A stretch of 64,000 bases of DNA, taken from NCBI RefSeq assembly GCF_030028105.1, contig NC_092379.1, positions 20,809,309 through 20,873,308 on the forward strand, written 5' to 3'. The position numbers and the translations under genes are program-made. Shown piece after piece: positions 11,173 to 22,900 of the stretch. Below the pieces are notes generated by a model, which was not told the origin of the DNA, made no database searches, and worked only from the letters and a program-made list of their open reading frames with translations. Origin of the DNA: Mobula birostris. Lineage: Eukaryota. Within the stretch, counting starts at the first letter, position 1, and each line of letters begins with the position of its first letter.

Positions 11173-11452
11173 TTCTGACAACTGGTCAAAACACATCCCC
11201 TCGCTTATTCTCCTGTCAAAGCCATTGGAACACTAAACTTTCAAACTAGATTGGAAAGTATTCAAACATTAAGAACATTTTTAAAAACACTAACTAATTC
11301 CACTAGTTAAAAGCATTAGTTCTGACAACTGGTCTAAACACATCCTTATTCTCCTGTCAAAGCCATTGGAACACTGAACTTTCAAACTAGATTGGAAAGT
11401 ATTCAACCATTAAGAACATTTCCAAAAATATTAACTAATTGCACTAGTTAAA
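11173..11452 (+). repeat. Tandem duplication, ~147-bp unit x2
   Basis: TTCTGACAACTGGTC...CACTAGTTAAA starts at 11173 and 11320, with few mismatches and a small indel. Confidence 0.92.
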
Positions 11453-12342
11453 TAAAGCACTCAGGAATATTTGAAATAATTTAATTGGAGTCAGTGAGTT
11501 ACTTCATTAAATCAACAGTTAGTCGTTTCCAGGGAAGTAGATAAAGACCGAGTTGTTTCAAGTGGGGTTTTGATGATAATTGGTGAGGAATTACCACATC
11601 CTTGTGTTGTCTCATTGGACACCCCCCCATCAGGTGTACATTGAGGGAAGTAATCAAAATCGAACAGCATTTCAAGCATTGGCTCAGGATTTCCAAAAGG
11701 CTCTCATTATTGCTGGTGTCATCCAGACCAGTGTCTTTCCACACACCCGTTTTGTTTCTCAACCTGGTCATCACTACCGACAGGTGGGTCAGTAATTCAT
11801 GTCGAATCTGTGGGGTTGCATGTGTTTATCATGATGTGTGACATCAGGTGCTGCTTTAGTGAGTTGAATTAAATCTCTGAAGCAGAGTTTAATACGTTGG
11901 TAGCCACAAGTCAATCTCACATTTTGTGCTGGAGACAGAGCTCAAATATTTACAGCAACCTCATTTCAATCTTCCATTCAACAGCACCTCAAAAACAGCT
12001 TGATTTTTCAAATACTTCAGTACACAATACTTCCTTTCATGAAAACTCCTTTGACCTACAGCAAATGTTGTCATGGAGAAGAGTGATTGGCTTTGGGTTT
12101 AACTGAAGTGTCAAACATTACATCACAGGTGTGATGTACACAGGAGTGTCAGGTCAGGTCAGCTGAGTGGGTTCTATCCCACGTCCTTCCACTTCACAAA
12201 CACTCCAGTTTAAATCAGTAAGCGCAGTCGGACGTGGATTTTGAAATTTGCTGGTTTTAAACAGAACAACGTCTCTCCAGCTTTATCTGTCTGCAATGCA
12301 CTTATTTACAGCAACATCTGCATGAATTTCTTTACTTTTCAG

Positions 12343-12657
12343 ATGTCAAATCCTTGCCATCAGTCTACATCACCTCGTCCACCAGCATAGACACTCAACA
12401 AGATGTCAACCTCCTATGCTTGGTCAAGGACTTTGAGTCCACCAGCATCACTTCAACATGGTCCACTGACACTGGAGAGATCACAACTGGAATCAAGCAG
12501 AGCCCAGTAGTCCTGGGGCAAAATAAGAAGTACATGATGAGCAGCTTGCTCCGAGTTCCTGCAGCGGATTGGAACAGCAACAAAGTCTACTTCTGCAAGG
12601 CAGGGTACAAGCCAGACAAAATAAAGCAAGCTGAAGTGCAGAGACGTCAAATCAAAA
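12343..12657 (+). CDS. IgW: CH1 exon
   Basis: Acceptor tttacttttcag|AT. Ig C1-set domain [11 protein letters not shown]...LLCLVKDF...W...SSLLRV...W...YFCKAG. Phase-1 donor A|GTTAGT. Confidence 0.93.
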
Positions 12658-13538
12658 GTTAGTATTCAAAACTTCACTGATGTCAGGAGTTGGGCAGAAG
12701 CCTTTGCTGACTAGTGCGAGGGTCATGAATTCTTGTGTATATTTGCTCTCCCAGTGGTGTTGCTAATGAAATGGAAAGTCACGAGTCTTGGTATGAAATT
12801 GGAAGAGGGCAAAGTTGTTGCATTTTCAGCCTGAAATGAACCACTCTGAGTGATTAGTTCTACAGTTTGAATGTCAATAAAACTGAATATTGTGTGGATT
12901 GAATCACAGCAGGCAGAGACTGTTGAGTCTTCATCAGTGTCCAGTCTCACTTCATGTTTCATAGAATCACCAGGGCAGAAGAATGACCTTTGTCCCATCG
13001 TGTCTATACTAGAATTATGTGGGAGATGAAGTTAGCCCATTGCCCCTAATATTTCCACTTGGCCTTGGAAATATTTCCCATTGGAATACATATCCAATTC
13101 CCTCAGGAAAATTCCCAAATAATCTATTTACATCACCCATGTTCAGAGTTGAACACTGGGTGAATTTGTGAAAAATTCCTGGTATCTGTCTGGCCTCTTG
13201 AACCAAAGTCTGTTCCCAAGCCTCCTGCCAGTGAAAGTAGTTCCACCTCATCTTCTCCACAGCAACAGGTGTTGGATTCCTGCTACCTGTGCCCACTCCA
13301 CCAAACAACTCGATGAACCTCAACCTCATTTACCCACCCTTCTCCTTCATCACTATATAGAGCCACACTCTGTTTGGGAGACTTCAGTTATACTGACAGC
13401 CCTCCTAATCACAGCGTCTCACTGTGGACTCACCATGTCAATGGGTCAGGGTAAACCAGCAGCATTGTGGAGAGGGTTACTGTTGGGGATTTTGCCCCTG
13501 GAGTTGATCTTAATTGAAGGTATAATAATGTTTTACAG

Positions 13539-13844
13539 CTCAGTCTCCGGAGATCAGTTCTCTTGTTACAACCCTGAAGGATGTCCACATTCAAAAAACA
13601 GCTATCCTGGGCTGTTTGATATCTGGATTTTATCCCAGCCAGATACAGGTTTCCTGGAGAAAATCTGGATCCATTCAAATGGGAACCACTCTCCCCTCTA
13701 CAGTGAGAAACTGCTCAACATTTGAAACCATTAGTTACCTGACGGTGCCGATGGACCAGTGGACCAGTGGAGACGAGTATACTTGTGAAGTGACCCATAC
13801 ACCTTCCAATGTCCAGAAAAGCATCAACGTGACATATCAAAATG
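13539..13844 (+). CDS. IgW: CH2 exon
   Basis: Acceptor ttttacag|CT. QSPEISSLV...AILGCLISGFYP...VSW...YTCEVTHTPS...YQN. Donor G|GTGAGT. Confidence 0.95.
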
Positions 13845-14373
13845 GTGAGTGGTATCTGCGGGGAAACCCATTTACCATCTACAACTCAGCCTTTTACTGA
13901 GCTCATGTCCAAAATGTCAACATCAGTTTGGACAGAAAAGATGTTCGGTGGTTGGTTTTCTGATTCTGAATTTGCCCCTAATTTTAACCCAACAAGAAGG
14001 AGAAAAACATCCCCCTTTTACTCTCACAGTTTTAGTTCCCACTGTGTCAATGGTTAAGAGAATGAGACATCGAGGAAAATAGACATCCCAATTATTATTT
14101 TCCCAAGTCTGCAAACTCTGCTTTTGCTTTGAGTGGCTGCTCAATAGACTGTGAACTTACTAGAATGTCAGACCCCGGGTTTTTTTTGAAACGGCCCCAA
14201 ACTCCAGAAACTTAGTTTACTTCCTCATGTTGTATTGTGTGGGGTAAGGTGAAGCAGCTTAATGTGCTTTGTGTGACCTCATCCCTATAGTTTCCTAAAA
14301 CACAGGAGAGCTATTGGGAAAATATGGAACTTTGCCAGTCTGATGCTCAATTCTGTGAATCTTCCATTTCCAG

Positions 14374-14492
14374 GTGGAGATGATTCGAAGTATGTGCCGA
14401 TGTTCATCTACCAGACTAGTATGAATGCGTTATTCGGTGATGGGACTCAACACCAGTATCAATGCCACGGGGGAAAGTGTGAAATAAAGTGA
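14374..14492 (+). CDS. IgW: Short secretory-tail exon (GGDDSKYVPMFIYQTSMNALFGDGTQHQYQCHGGKCEIK*)
   Basis: Acceptor cttccatttccag|GT in phase 1, 39 open codons, two Cys, stop at 14490-14492, AATAAA at 14483 and ATTAAA at 14502. The position after CH2 matches short secreted IgW. Confidence 0.8.
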
Positions 14493-14507
14493 TTGGCGTG
14501 TATTAAA
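14483..14507 (+). terminator. Poly(A) signals of the short secreted isoform
   Basis: AATAAA 14483-14488 overlaps the last codons. ATTAAA at 14502-14507. Confidence 0.65.
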
Positions 14508-15443
14508 TACGTGATTGCATTTTATTACAACCTCTCTAGTGGAGTTACCTCAAACGCATGTTATCCATTGGGATCAAAGTGTAATAGTAGATGGTGACAA
14601 CAACCAATTCAGACTCTTGCCCCGAACTCGTCCATTTGTCTTATGGACATTGCTGGTTCACTGCGACTCACGCTCCAGTCCCACTGCTTGACCAGTTCTG
14701 TTCAGGAATCTGACTCCAGATGGCAAGAACTGAAGCATTTTTTTTGGTGGGGCAGGAAGGAGGAGGAAGTTGGGAGTTAAATATCTCACTGGTGCAGTAA
14801 ATTGTTGGATGAACCCTTTAATATTAATCCTGGGGCAAAATGGAGAGAAAGGACACAGGATCCATTTCGTGTCCTGTTCAGTCTCAGCAGTTGTGGATGA
14901 AAATCCTGGATAGTTCCCTTGTCCCATCTCCCAGAAACGGATATCCGTCAAAAAGAAGAATTCAGTAAACACAAAGAAAGTCCCAGTGTTAATACATAAA
15001 ATACAAGAAGAATAATATTAGTATTTTGGGATCTTGAGGAGAATGTTTCAAATCCCAGGGCTGCCAATTAACTGTTAAACAAGAAGGGAATACTACCTCT
15101 GGCCACGAAGGTTCAACAAATTTTGAAACAACTATCAAAATGTGTCTGGGACAGCAGCACATCAAGGCCTTCTCTCTGATACAGGATACGGGTGAACATC
15201 TTAATAAGTAGGTCTTTGACATCATCATGACATGGATTAAACCTAAATTCACAAATTATCCACAGTGTTGATCCACCACATTTTACAAGTCCCTAATCAT
15301 GCAACATAAGGGTCCATGTTGAGACCGAGAACAACCCACTGGTATTTTAGGAAGGAAGGTGTTCACCATTTTTTTGTTACAAAGAGAAGGGCTAATGAAT
15401 GGAAAACATCTTACATTATCAAACAACAGAGTCACTGTTGGTA

Positions 15444-15636
15444 GCAAACACACAATACTGGAGGAACTCAACAGGTCAGGCAGAGGAGAGGGATAAATTC
15501 CTCTATGGAGAGGAATAAACAGTCAACATTTCAGGTCGAGACCCTTCAACATGACTTGGCTCAAAACATCAACTGCTTATTCCTCTGTTTATTCTGCCTG
15601 ACCTGCTGAGTTTTTCCAGGCTATTGTGTGTGTTGC
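15444..15636. mobile_element. Palindromic Penelope-type repeat relic (long imperfect inverted repeat)
   Basis: ACACACAATACTGGAGGAACTCAACAGGTCAGGCAG pairs with CTGCCTGACCTGCTGAGTTTTTCCAGGCTATTGTGTGTGT. The inner arms also pair. Same family as 45385-45535, 52080-52215 and 57785-57935. Confidence 0.7.
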
Positions 15637-17223
15637 TCTGGATTTCCAGCATATGCAGAATCTCTTGTGTTTATGGGGTCACTGTTGGACCTGGAAGGAG
15701 GCTGAGAAATAGACATTAGCATACATCACCAAACAAAATGACTCCATCACACGGTCAGTGTGTGTGAAACGTGAGCTCCAACAGCGGCCACAGGTACTGA
15801 GCACCCGGCACAAGTAGATTCAGTGTTTCTGCATAGACACACGAGAGTGAAATCCATCAAGAACAATGTAGCCAGGCCTTTCAGTGCCACGCAGAGCATG
15901 TAGTCATCTGTGTCACTGATTTGACGATGCTGCGTGAGTAGCAAACAGGCAGTTTAGGAACATGCAATGAATTCTTCAATCATTCTATTCCCCGTCCAGT
16001 GATTCGGTTTTGAAATGGGTGAAAGGATGTGGTCTGGAAATAATCCCCAATCAGTAGCAAGTGGGAGATTTCTGTAACTTCATGGGTTACGTTACTGTTC
16101 CAAATACTTCCTTTCTTCACAGGGATTCATCATCACTTCCTTTTAGGCTGTTCCTTTGAAATATTCAAACATCTCAACAACTTCACTGGAGCACAATCAC
16201 AAACAACTGACACTAACCCAGTCAGAAGTGTTGAGGGCTGTGGCAAGGGCAGCATTTCATGTCCATCGCTGATTGCTCAAGAACTGAGGGACATGTGGAG
16301 CCATTTCTGATGGTGATGAAGGTTCATTTGCACTGCTGCAGGTCTGGAGTCACATGTCAGCCAGAGCAGATATGAACGACAGATTTCTCACCCTGAAGAA
16401 CAACAGTGAACTGGATGGGCTTTATGACAGTGCAAATCCTTCCACAGTCCCCACCAGTAATGCTTGTTTTCAGTTCAGAATGCATTTATTTACTAAGTTT
16501 AAATTTCCACTGCCAGTTTGAAATTTGAGTTCATGTCTCCACATCATCAGTCCAGCAACCGATGGTACTCTCCAACCATAGCTGCTCATTTCAAATAGGA
16601 GTGACTGGAATCAACCACGGAGGGTTACTGAGTGAGATTCTGTGTTTGCAAGCAAGAGAGCTAAAAACACAGCCACCAACAGAAGGAGTGAGGTGTACGT
16701 GTGACTGGAGTTGGGCAAATGCAACATTTCCTGACGTTTGTGAAGGTTGCCGTGATGGGTTGAGACACAGTCACAGTAAGACTGGAATATCGGGATGTGA
16801 AGTTTTCAAACTGAGAGAATCCCAGGCTCAGCCCAGATGAGAGAAAGAGATTCTCATTTGTTCACAGTGCTCATTGATACTAATCAATGGCACTGAGTCT
16901 CCAAGCAAAGAATATTCTGAGTTGTGTCTCTGCTGAGAAATCTGCATGCATCTTTCCATCACTGTGTCTCACAGTAACTGAACAATGCTTGGCCTCACTG
17001 GTCACAGTCATTGGAACAGGATTTAAATCAAATGGCACATTGTTTTTTTATCTTATTTCCTCTGTTAAAACCTGCAGCATTGTGTAGCACACTGATCAAC
17101 CTGGTGTGTTTCTTCTACTCTGCAGTAAATATAACCCTAATGTACTGATGATCTGTCTGATATAAAACAAGCAAGAGAAAAGTTTCCATGAAGATTCAAA
17201 AATTTTGTATTTCTAATCCACAG

Positions 17224-17526
17224 AATTGTCTGTCTTTATTCAAAATCCTGACATTGAAGAGATGTGGATCGACAAGTCTGCTACCGTGAAGTGCACGGTT
17301 ATCTGTACAGATCCCGAAGGTATCCACATCTCTTGGCATGTGGACGGGAAGGAGAAAACTGAAGGATCTGTCACCCATCAAGCGGAGATGGACGGGTCCC
17401 GATACAGAGTGCTCAGCGAACTCCAGATCAGTGTGGAGGAGTGGTTCAGTGGGGTGGAGTATGAGTGCTCTGCTCAGGAATCTCCTTCATCTTCCCGAGT
17501 GTCAGCACTGACCAATAGTACCAAAG
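17224..17526 (+). CDS. IgW: CH3 exon (IgNAR C2-like)
   Basis: Acceptor ccacag|AA. ELSVFIQNPDIEEMWIDKSATVKC...SVEEWFSGVEYECSA. Donor AAAG|GTGGGT. Confidence 0.95.
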
Positions 17527-17611
17527 GTGGGTAAGAGACCAGTGATTAAATGGCCAGCATTAGTTACCTGAGTCAAAATGTTTGACATTTCCTTTGTTTT
17601 GTCTATTCCAG

Positions 17612-17929
17612 TCGAGATAAAAAATCCCAAGGTCAGACTGCTACCTCCACCTCAGGAAGAGACAAAGAATAGGAAAACAGCAACACTGGAGTGTGTGATC
17701 TCTGGATTCTACCCGGATCAAATAAATGTCACCTGGGAGAAAGGCAGCACCGTGATCACCTCCAACACCAGCGCGACACCGACCACTCTGGAGCAGGGGT
17801 GGATTTTCAGTGCCAGACACTTCCTGACCGTGAGTTTACAGGAGTGGAAGTCAGAATCAGTCTTCAGCTGTACAGTGACTCATCCCCCCTCCAACAGCAG
17901 TATCAAGAAACAAGTGAAGAACGTTCAAG
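17612..17929 (+). CDS. IgW: CH4 exon (IgNAR C3-like)
   Basis: Acceptor attccag|TC. VEIKNPKVRLLPPP...LECVISGFYP...FSCTVTHPPS. Donor G|GTAGGG. Confidence 0.95.
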
Positions 17930-19249
17930 GTAGGGTTCTGGGACTCAGCCCATTATTGAAATTGTTTACATTGTGCTATGAATTCAAGGTCAACACTGAA
18001 TCATGGTGCAGCCCTGGTTTAGTTATGTGAGTGAACTGATAAAGTACAAAGTACAAAGTACATTTATTATCAAAGTCTGTGCACCATATACAACCTTGAG
18101 ATTCTCTTCTGACAGGCATTCACAAAACAAAGAAACACAATAGAATTCAGAGTTAAACATCCAATGTGTGAAAAAGAAAGAACAAATTGTTCGAACAATA
18201 AAAACATTCAAACAATCCACAGAACCTGCTCTGCAGAGTCCACAGCCACGTTGCCAGTTCACCACTGCAACCCGTCCAGGAGACCGATGGCTGCAGGCTA
18301 CGGTCACAGAGCCAGTTTCAATGCTGAGGTGAGTGCCGATGGCTGCAGGCCGCAGCTGCAGAGTCAGTTCAGTGCTGAGGCGAGCCAAGTCTCATAAAAT
18401 AGTGAGCTGAATGCTGGTTCGTCCATTGACTCAGTGTCAACGTCTTCATCTTTGGAATCTTGCCCAGCCAATCATTGGTTTCTTCTCTGCTCTTAACCAA
18501 CATAATCCCGAAGATTCACCATATAAATAATTGTATCTCAGAAAATGCTTTCATAACTTGAGGAGAATCCAGACCATTTCATTTCACAGGTACTCTGGAA
18601 ATCCCAGATACTTGTCTTCAAAATGGTCCCTCTATCTGACATTGAACATAATCCCAGCCTCCGATCAGTGCCTCAGTTGTGACTGAATTTCCAGCACAGC
18701 AGCTCTCCCTCTGCCCCTGTGTGGGAGTAGTCAGCCTGGACAATGTGTAGAAGCGTCTGGAGGGCAGTTTGAACACACAACATTCTGACAAAGCTGCAGC
18801 CAATTTTAGTTACACCTCATAGAGAAAAAAGGTACCTTTAAGTATTTGTGATAAAAAGTAAGTTTCTGCTACTTGCATTTTGAAAGATGAAGTGTATTTT
18901 CTGAAATATTTTCATGTGAAACTTTGCCCTGTTTCCTGTTCCACAGACACACTCTGAAATACTGGGTATTTTCTGTATTGTTTTAATAAGTGGCTGGTAA
19001 TAGTTTAAGTGACCATGAAACTGCAAAAACAATGTAAGGACCAATCTTGTTCACTTATGTTCTCTCAGGGTGTTTACACTGTCTGCTCAATAGAGGAGAT
19101 TCCTTTCTTCATCAAAGGTGATTGGTCTCATCTCGTCTTGATGGGACTGCCAAATCATTGACCAGACATAAACAGGAAATGTTGGTCTTGTCAGTGAGAA
19201 ACTCGTCCATTGGGGAATGGTGAAATAATAATTGTGACATTTCTCCCAG

Positions 19250-19570
19250 ACGACTGTCCAGATACCCACCTCTCAGTAACTTTAAGGAAACCTTCCTTTG
19301 AAGAGATCTGGACAAAGAGGACAGCGACCATTCTGTGTGAGGTGGTTCACAGTGATTTACAGGGCTTCAGTGTAACCTGGCAGGTGGACGGAAGGAAGAG
19401 GGAAGATGGGGTGAGGATTGTGGGTCCAGACAGCAACGGAGGTGAATTCATGATCAACAGCAGTCTGACAGTCCCTGCTGCAGAGTGGAACAGTGGGTCT
19501 GAGTACTCGTGTGTGATAGAAGACAAGAGTTTGCCAAAACCGATGAAGAAATCCATCAGGAAGGACACAG
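19250..19570 (+). CDS. IgW: CH5 exon (IgNAR C4-like)
   Basis: Acceptor tttctcccag|AC. DDCPDTHLSVTLRKPSFEEIW...ILCEVV...YSCVIED. Donor G|GTACGT. Confidence 0.95.
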
Positions 19571-19722
19571 GTACGTGTCGACAGAATTCAGTGTGAGTCT
19601 GATCTTAGCAATTGGGCAGATTTATCACCATCCAGCACTGTGATAGACTATAGAAAATGAGAACAGGAGCAGGTCACTGGGTCTGTCGATCTGCTCAACC
19701 ATTCAGTCTGGTTTTGGCTGAT

Positions 19723-22700
19723 CATAGAAACATAGAAAGCCTACAGCACAACGCAGGCCCTTCCGCCCACAAAGCTGTGACAAACATGTCCTTGCTATAG
19801 AAATTACCTAGTGTTACCCATAGCCTTCTATTTTTCTGAGCTCTATGTACCTATACAGGAGTCTCTTAAAAGACACTTTCGTTTCAGCCTCCACCACCAT
19901 CGCCTGCAGCCCATTCCACGCACTCACCACTCTCTGCGCAAAAAAACTTACCCCTGACATCTCCTCTGTACCTATTTCCAAACACCTTAAAACTGTGCTG
20001 TCTTGTGTTAGCTATTTCAGCCCTGGGAAAAAACCTCTGACTATCTATATGATCAACACCTCTCATTATATTATACACCTCTATCAGAACAGCTGTCATC
20101 CTCCGCCACTCCAGGTGAAAAGGCCCAGTTCACTCAACCTATTCTTATAAGGCATGCTCCCCAATCCAGGCAACATCCTTGTAAATGCTCTGCACCCTTT
20201 CTGTAGTTTCCACATCCTTCCTGTAGTGAGGCGACCAGAACTGAGTAGAAGTGGGGTCTGACTAGGGTCCTATAGAGCTGCAACGTTACTTCTTGGATTC
20301 TAAACTCAATCACATGATTGATAAAGGCCAAAGCACTATATGCCTTCTTAACCACAGAGTCAACCTGCCTAGCAGCTTAGAGTGTCCTGTGGACTCGGAC
20401 CCCAAGATCCCTCTGATCCTCCACACTGCCAAGAGTCTTACCATTAATAATATATTCTGTCATCATACTTGACCTACCAAAATGAACCACCTCACACTTA
20501 TCGGGGTTGAACTTCATCTGCCACTTTTCAGCCTAGTTTTACATCCTATCGATATCCCACTGTAATCTCTGACAGCCCTCCACAGTATCCACAACACCCC
20601 CAACCTTTGTGTCATCAGCAAATTTACTAACCCATCCCTCCACTTCCTCATCCAGGTCATTTCTAAAACCACAAAGAGTAAGGGTCCCAGGACAGATGCC
20701 TGAGGCACACCACTGGTCACTGACCTCCATGCAGAATATGGCCAATCTTCAACCACTGTTTGCCTTCTCTGAGCAAGCCAAATCTGGATCCACAAGGCAA
20801 TGTGCCCTTGGATCCCATGACTCTTTCTCAATAAGCCTTGCATGGGGTACCTTATCAAATGCCTTGCTGAAATCCACATACACTACATCTACTGCTCTAC
20901 CCTCATCAATGTGTTTTGTCACATCCTCAAAAAATTCAATCAGGCTTGTAAGGCCTGATCTGCCTTTGACAAAGCCATACTGGCTATTTCTAATCATGTT
21001 ATGCCTCTCCAAATGTTCATAAATCCTGCCTCTCAGGATCTTTTCCATCAACTTACCAACCACTGAGGAAAGACTCACTGGTTTATAATTTCCTGGACTA
21101 TCTCTACCTCCTTTCCTGAATACGGGAACAACATCCGCAACCCTCCAATGCTCCGGAACCTCCCTGTCCCCATTGATGATGCAAAGATCATCGCCAGAGG
21201 CTCAGCAATCCTCTCCCTCGCCTCCCACAGTTGACTGGGATACATCTTGTCTGGTCCCAGTGACTTACCCAACTTGATGCTTTTCAAAAGCTCCAGCACA
21301 TCCTCTTCCTTAATATCTATATGCTCAAGCTTTTCAATAAACTGTAAGTCATCTCTACAATTGCCAAGATCCTTTTCCCTGGTGAACACTGAAGCAAAGT
21401 ATTCATTAAGTACCTCTGCCATCTCCTCCGGTTCCATATACACTTTTCACCTGTCGCACTTGATTGGTCCTATTCTCTCAAGTCTTATCCTCTTGTTCTT
21501 CACACACTTGTCGAATGCCTTGGGGTTTTCCTTAATCCTGTCTGCCAAGGCCTTCTTATGGCCCCTTCTGGCTCTCCTAATTTCATTCTTAAGCTCCTTC
21601 CTGCTAGCCTTATAAACTTCAAGATCTCTATCGTTATCTAGCTTTTGAAACCTTCTGTAAGCTTTTCTTTTCTTCTTGACTAGACTTACAACAGCCTTTA
21701 TACACCATGGTTCCTGTTACCTAACATCCATTCCCTGTCTCATTGGAATGTACCTATGCAGAACTGCACGTAAATATCCCCTGAACATCTGCCATATTTC
21801 TGCTGTACATTTCCCTGAGAAGTTCTGTTCCCAATTTATGCTTCCAAGTTCTGCCTGATAGCCTCATATTTCCCCTTACTCCAATTAAACGCTTTCTGAA
21901 CATGTCTGTTCCTATCCCTCTCCAATGCTGTGGTAAAGGAGATAGAATTGTGATCACTATCTCCAAAATGCTCTCCCACTGATAGATCTGACATTTGACC
22001 AGGTTAATTTCCCAAAACTAGATCGTACAGCCTCGCCAATGGCTTATCTACATATTGTGTCAAGAAACCCTCCTGAACACACCTAACAAACTCCACACCA
22101 TGTAATCCCCTTGCTCCAGACAAATGCCAATCAATATTTGGGAAATTAAAATCTCCCACCATGACAACCCTGTTATGATTACACTTTTCCAGAATCTGTC
22201 TCCCTATCTGCTCCTCGAAGTCCCTGTTAATATTTGGTGGTCTATAAAAAACCACTCAGTAGAATTATTGACCCATTCCTGTTCCTAACTTCCACCCACG
22301 GAGACTCCGCAGACAATCTCTCCATAACTTCTTTTCTGCAGCCGTGACTCTATCTCTGATCAGCAGTGTAATTCCCCAACCTCTTTTGCCTCCCTCCCTG
22401 GCCTTCATGAAACATTTATAGCCTGGCACTCAAAGTAACCATTCCTGCCCCTGAGCCATCCAAGTCTCTGTAATGTCATAGCTCCAAGTACAGATCCACG
22501 CTCTGAGCTCATCCTCTTTGTTCATGATACTACTTGCATTAAAATAGACACATCTCAAACCAAAGGTCTGAGTGCGTCCCTTCTCTATTATCTGCCTATC
22601 CTCCGTCTCGAACTGTCTTCAAACTTTCTTTATTTGTGAGCCAACCATCTTGTCCTCCATCTCTTCAGTTCAGTTCCCACCGCCCAGCAATTCTACTTTA

Positions 22701-22900
22701 AACTCTCCCCAATACTGTAGCTGTAGCAAACCTCCCCCCCAGGATATTGGTCCACCTTGGATTCAAGTGCAACCCCTCCTTTTTGTACTGGTCACACCTG
22801 CCCCAGAAGAGGTCCCAATGATCCAGAAATCTGAATCCCTGCTTCCTCCTCCAATCCCTCAGCCACGCATTTATCCTCCACCACATTCTTTTGATCATCC
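19723..22900 (-). mobile_element. Degenerate long CR1 LINE (ORF1 esterase end, endonuclease, RT, 3' tail)
   Basis: Minus-strand fragments: WLRDW...GFRFLDHWDLFWG (ORF1), YRPPN..GDFNFP (endonuclease), YVDFSKAFDKVPH and KFADDTKVGG (RT). CATAGAAA tail at the left end. Confidence 0.9.

Noticed and set aside
12908-12937. Minus-strand CTGATGA followed by a perfect hairpin (hammerhead-like)
   Set aside because: The stem is followed by CTGCC, not GAAA, so the catalytic core is incomplete.
13168-13725. 185-aa ORF and similar ORF-track entries overlapping or antisense to exons and LINEs
   Set aside because: No recognisable domain. These are off-frame or antisense shadows of CH exons or transposon sequence.
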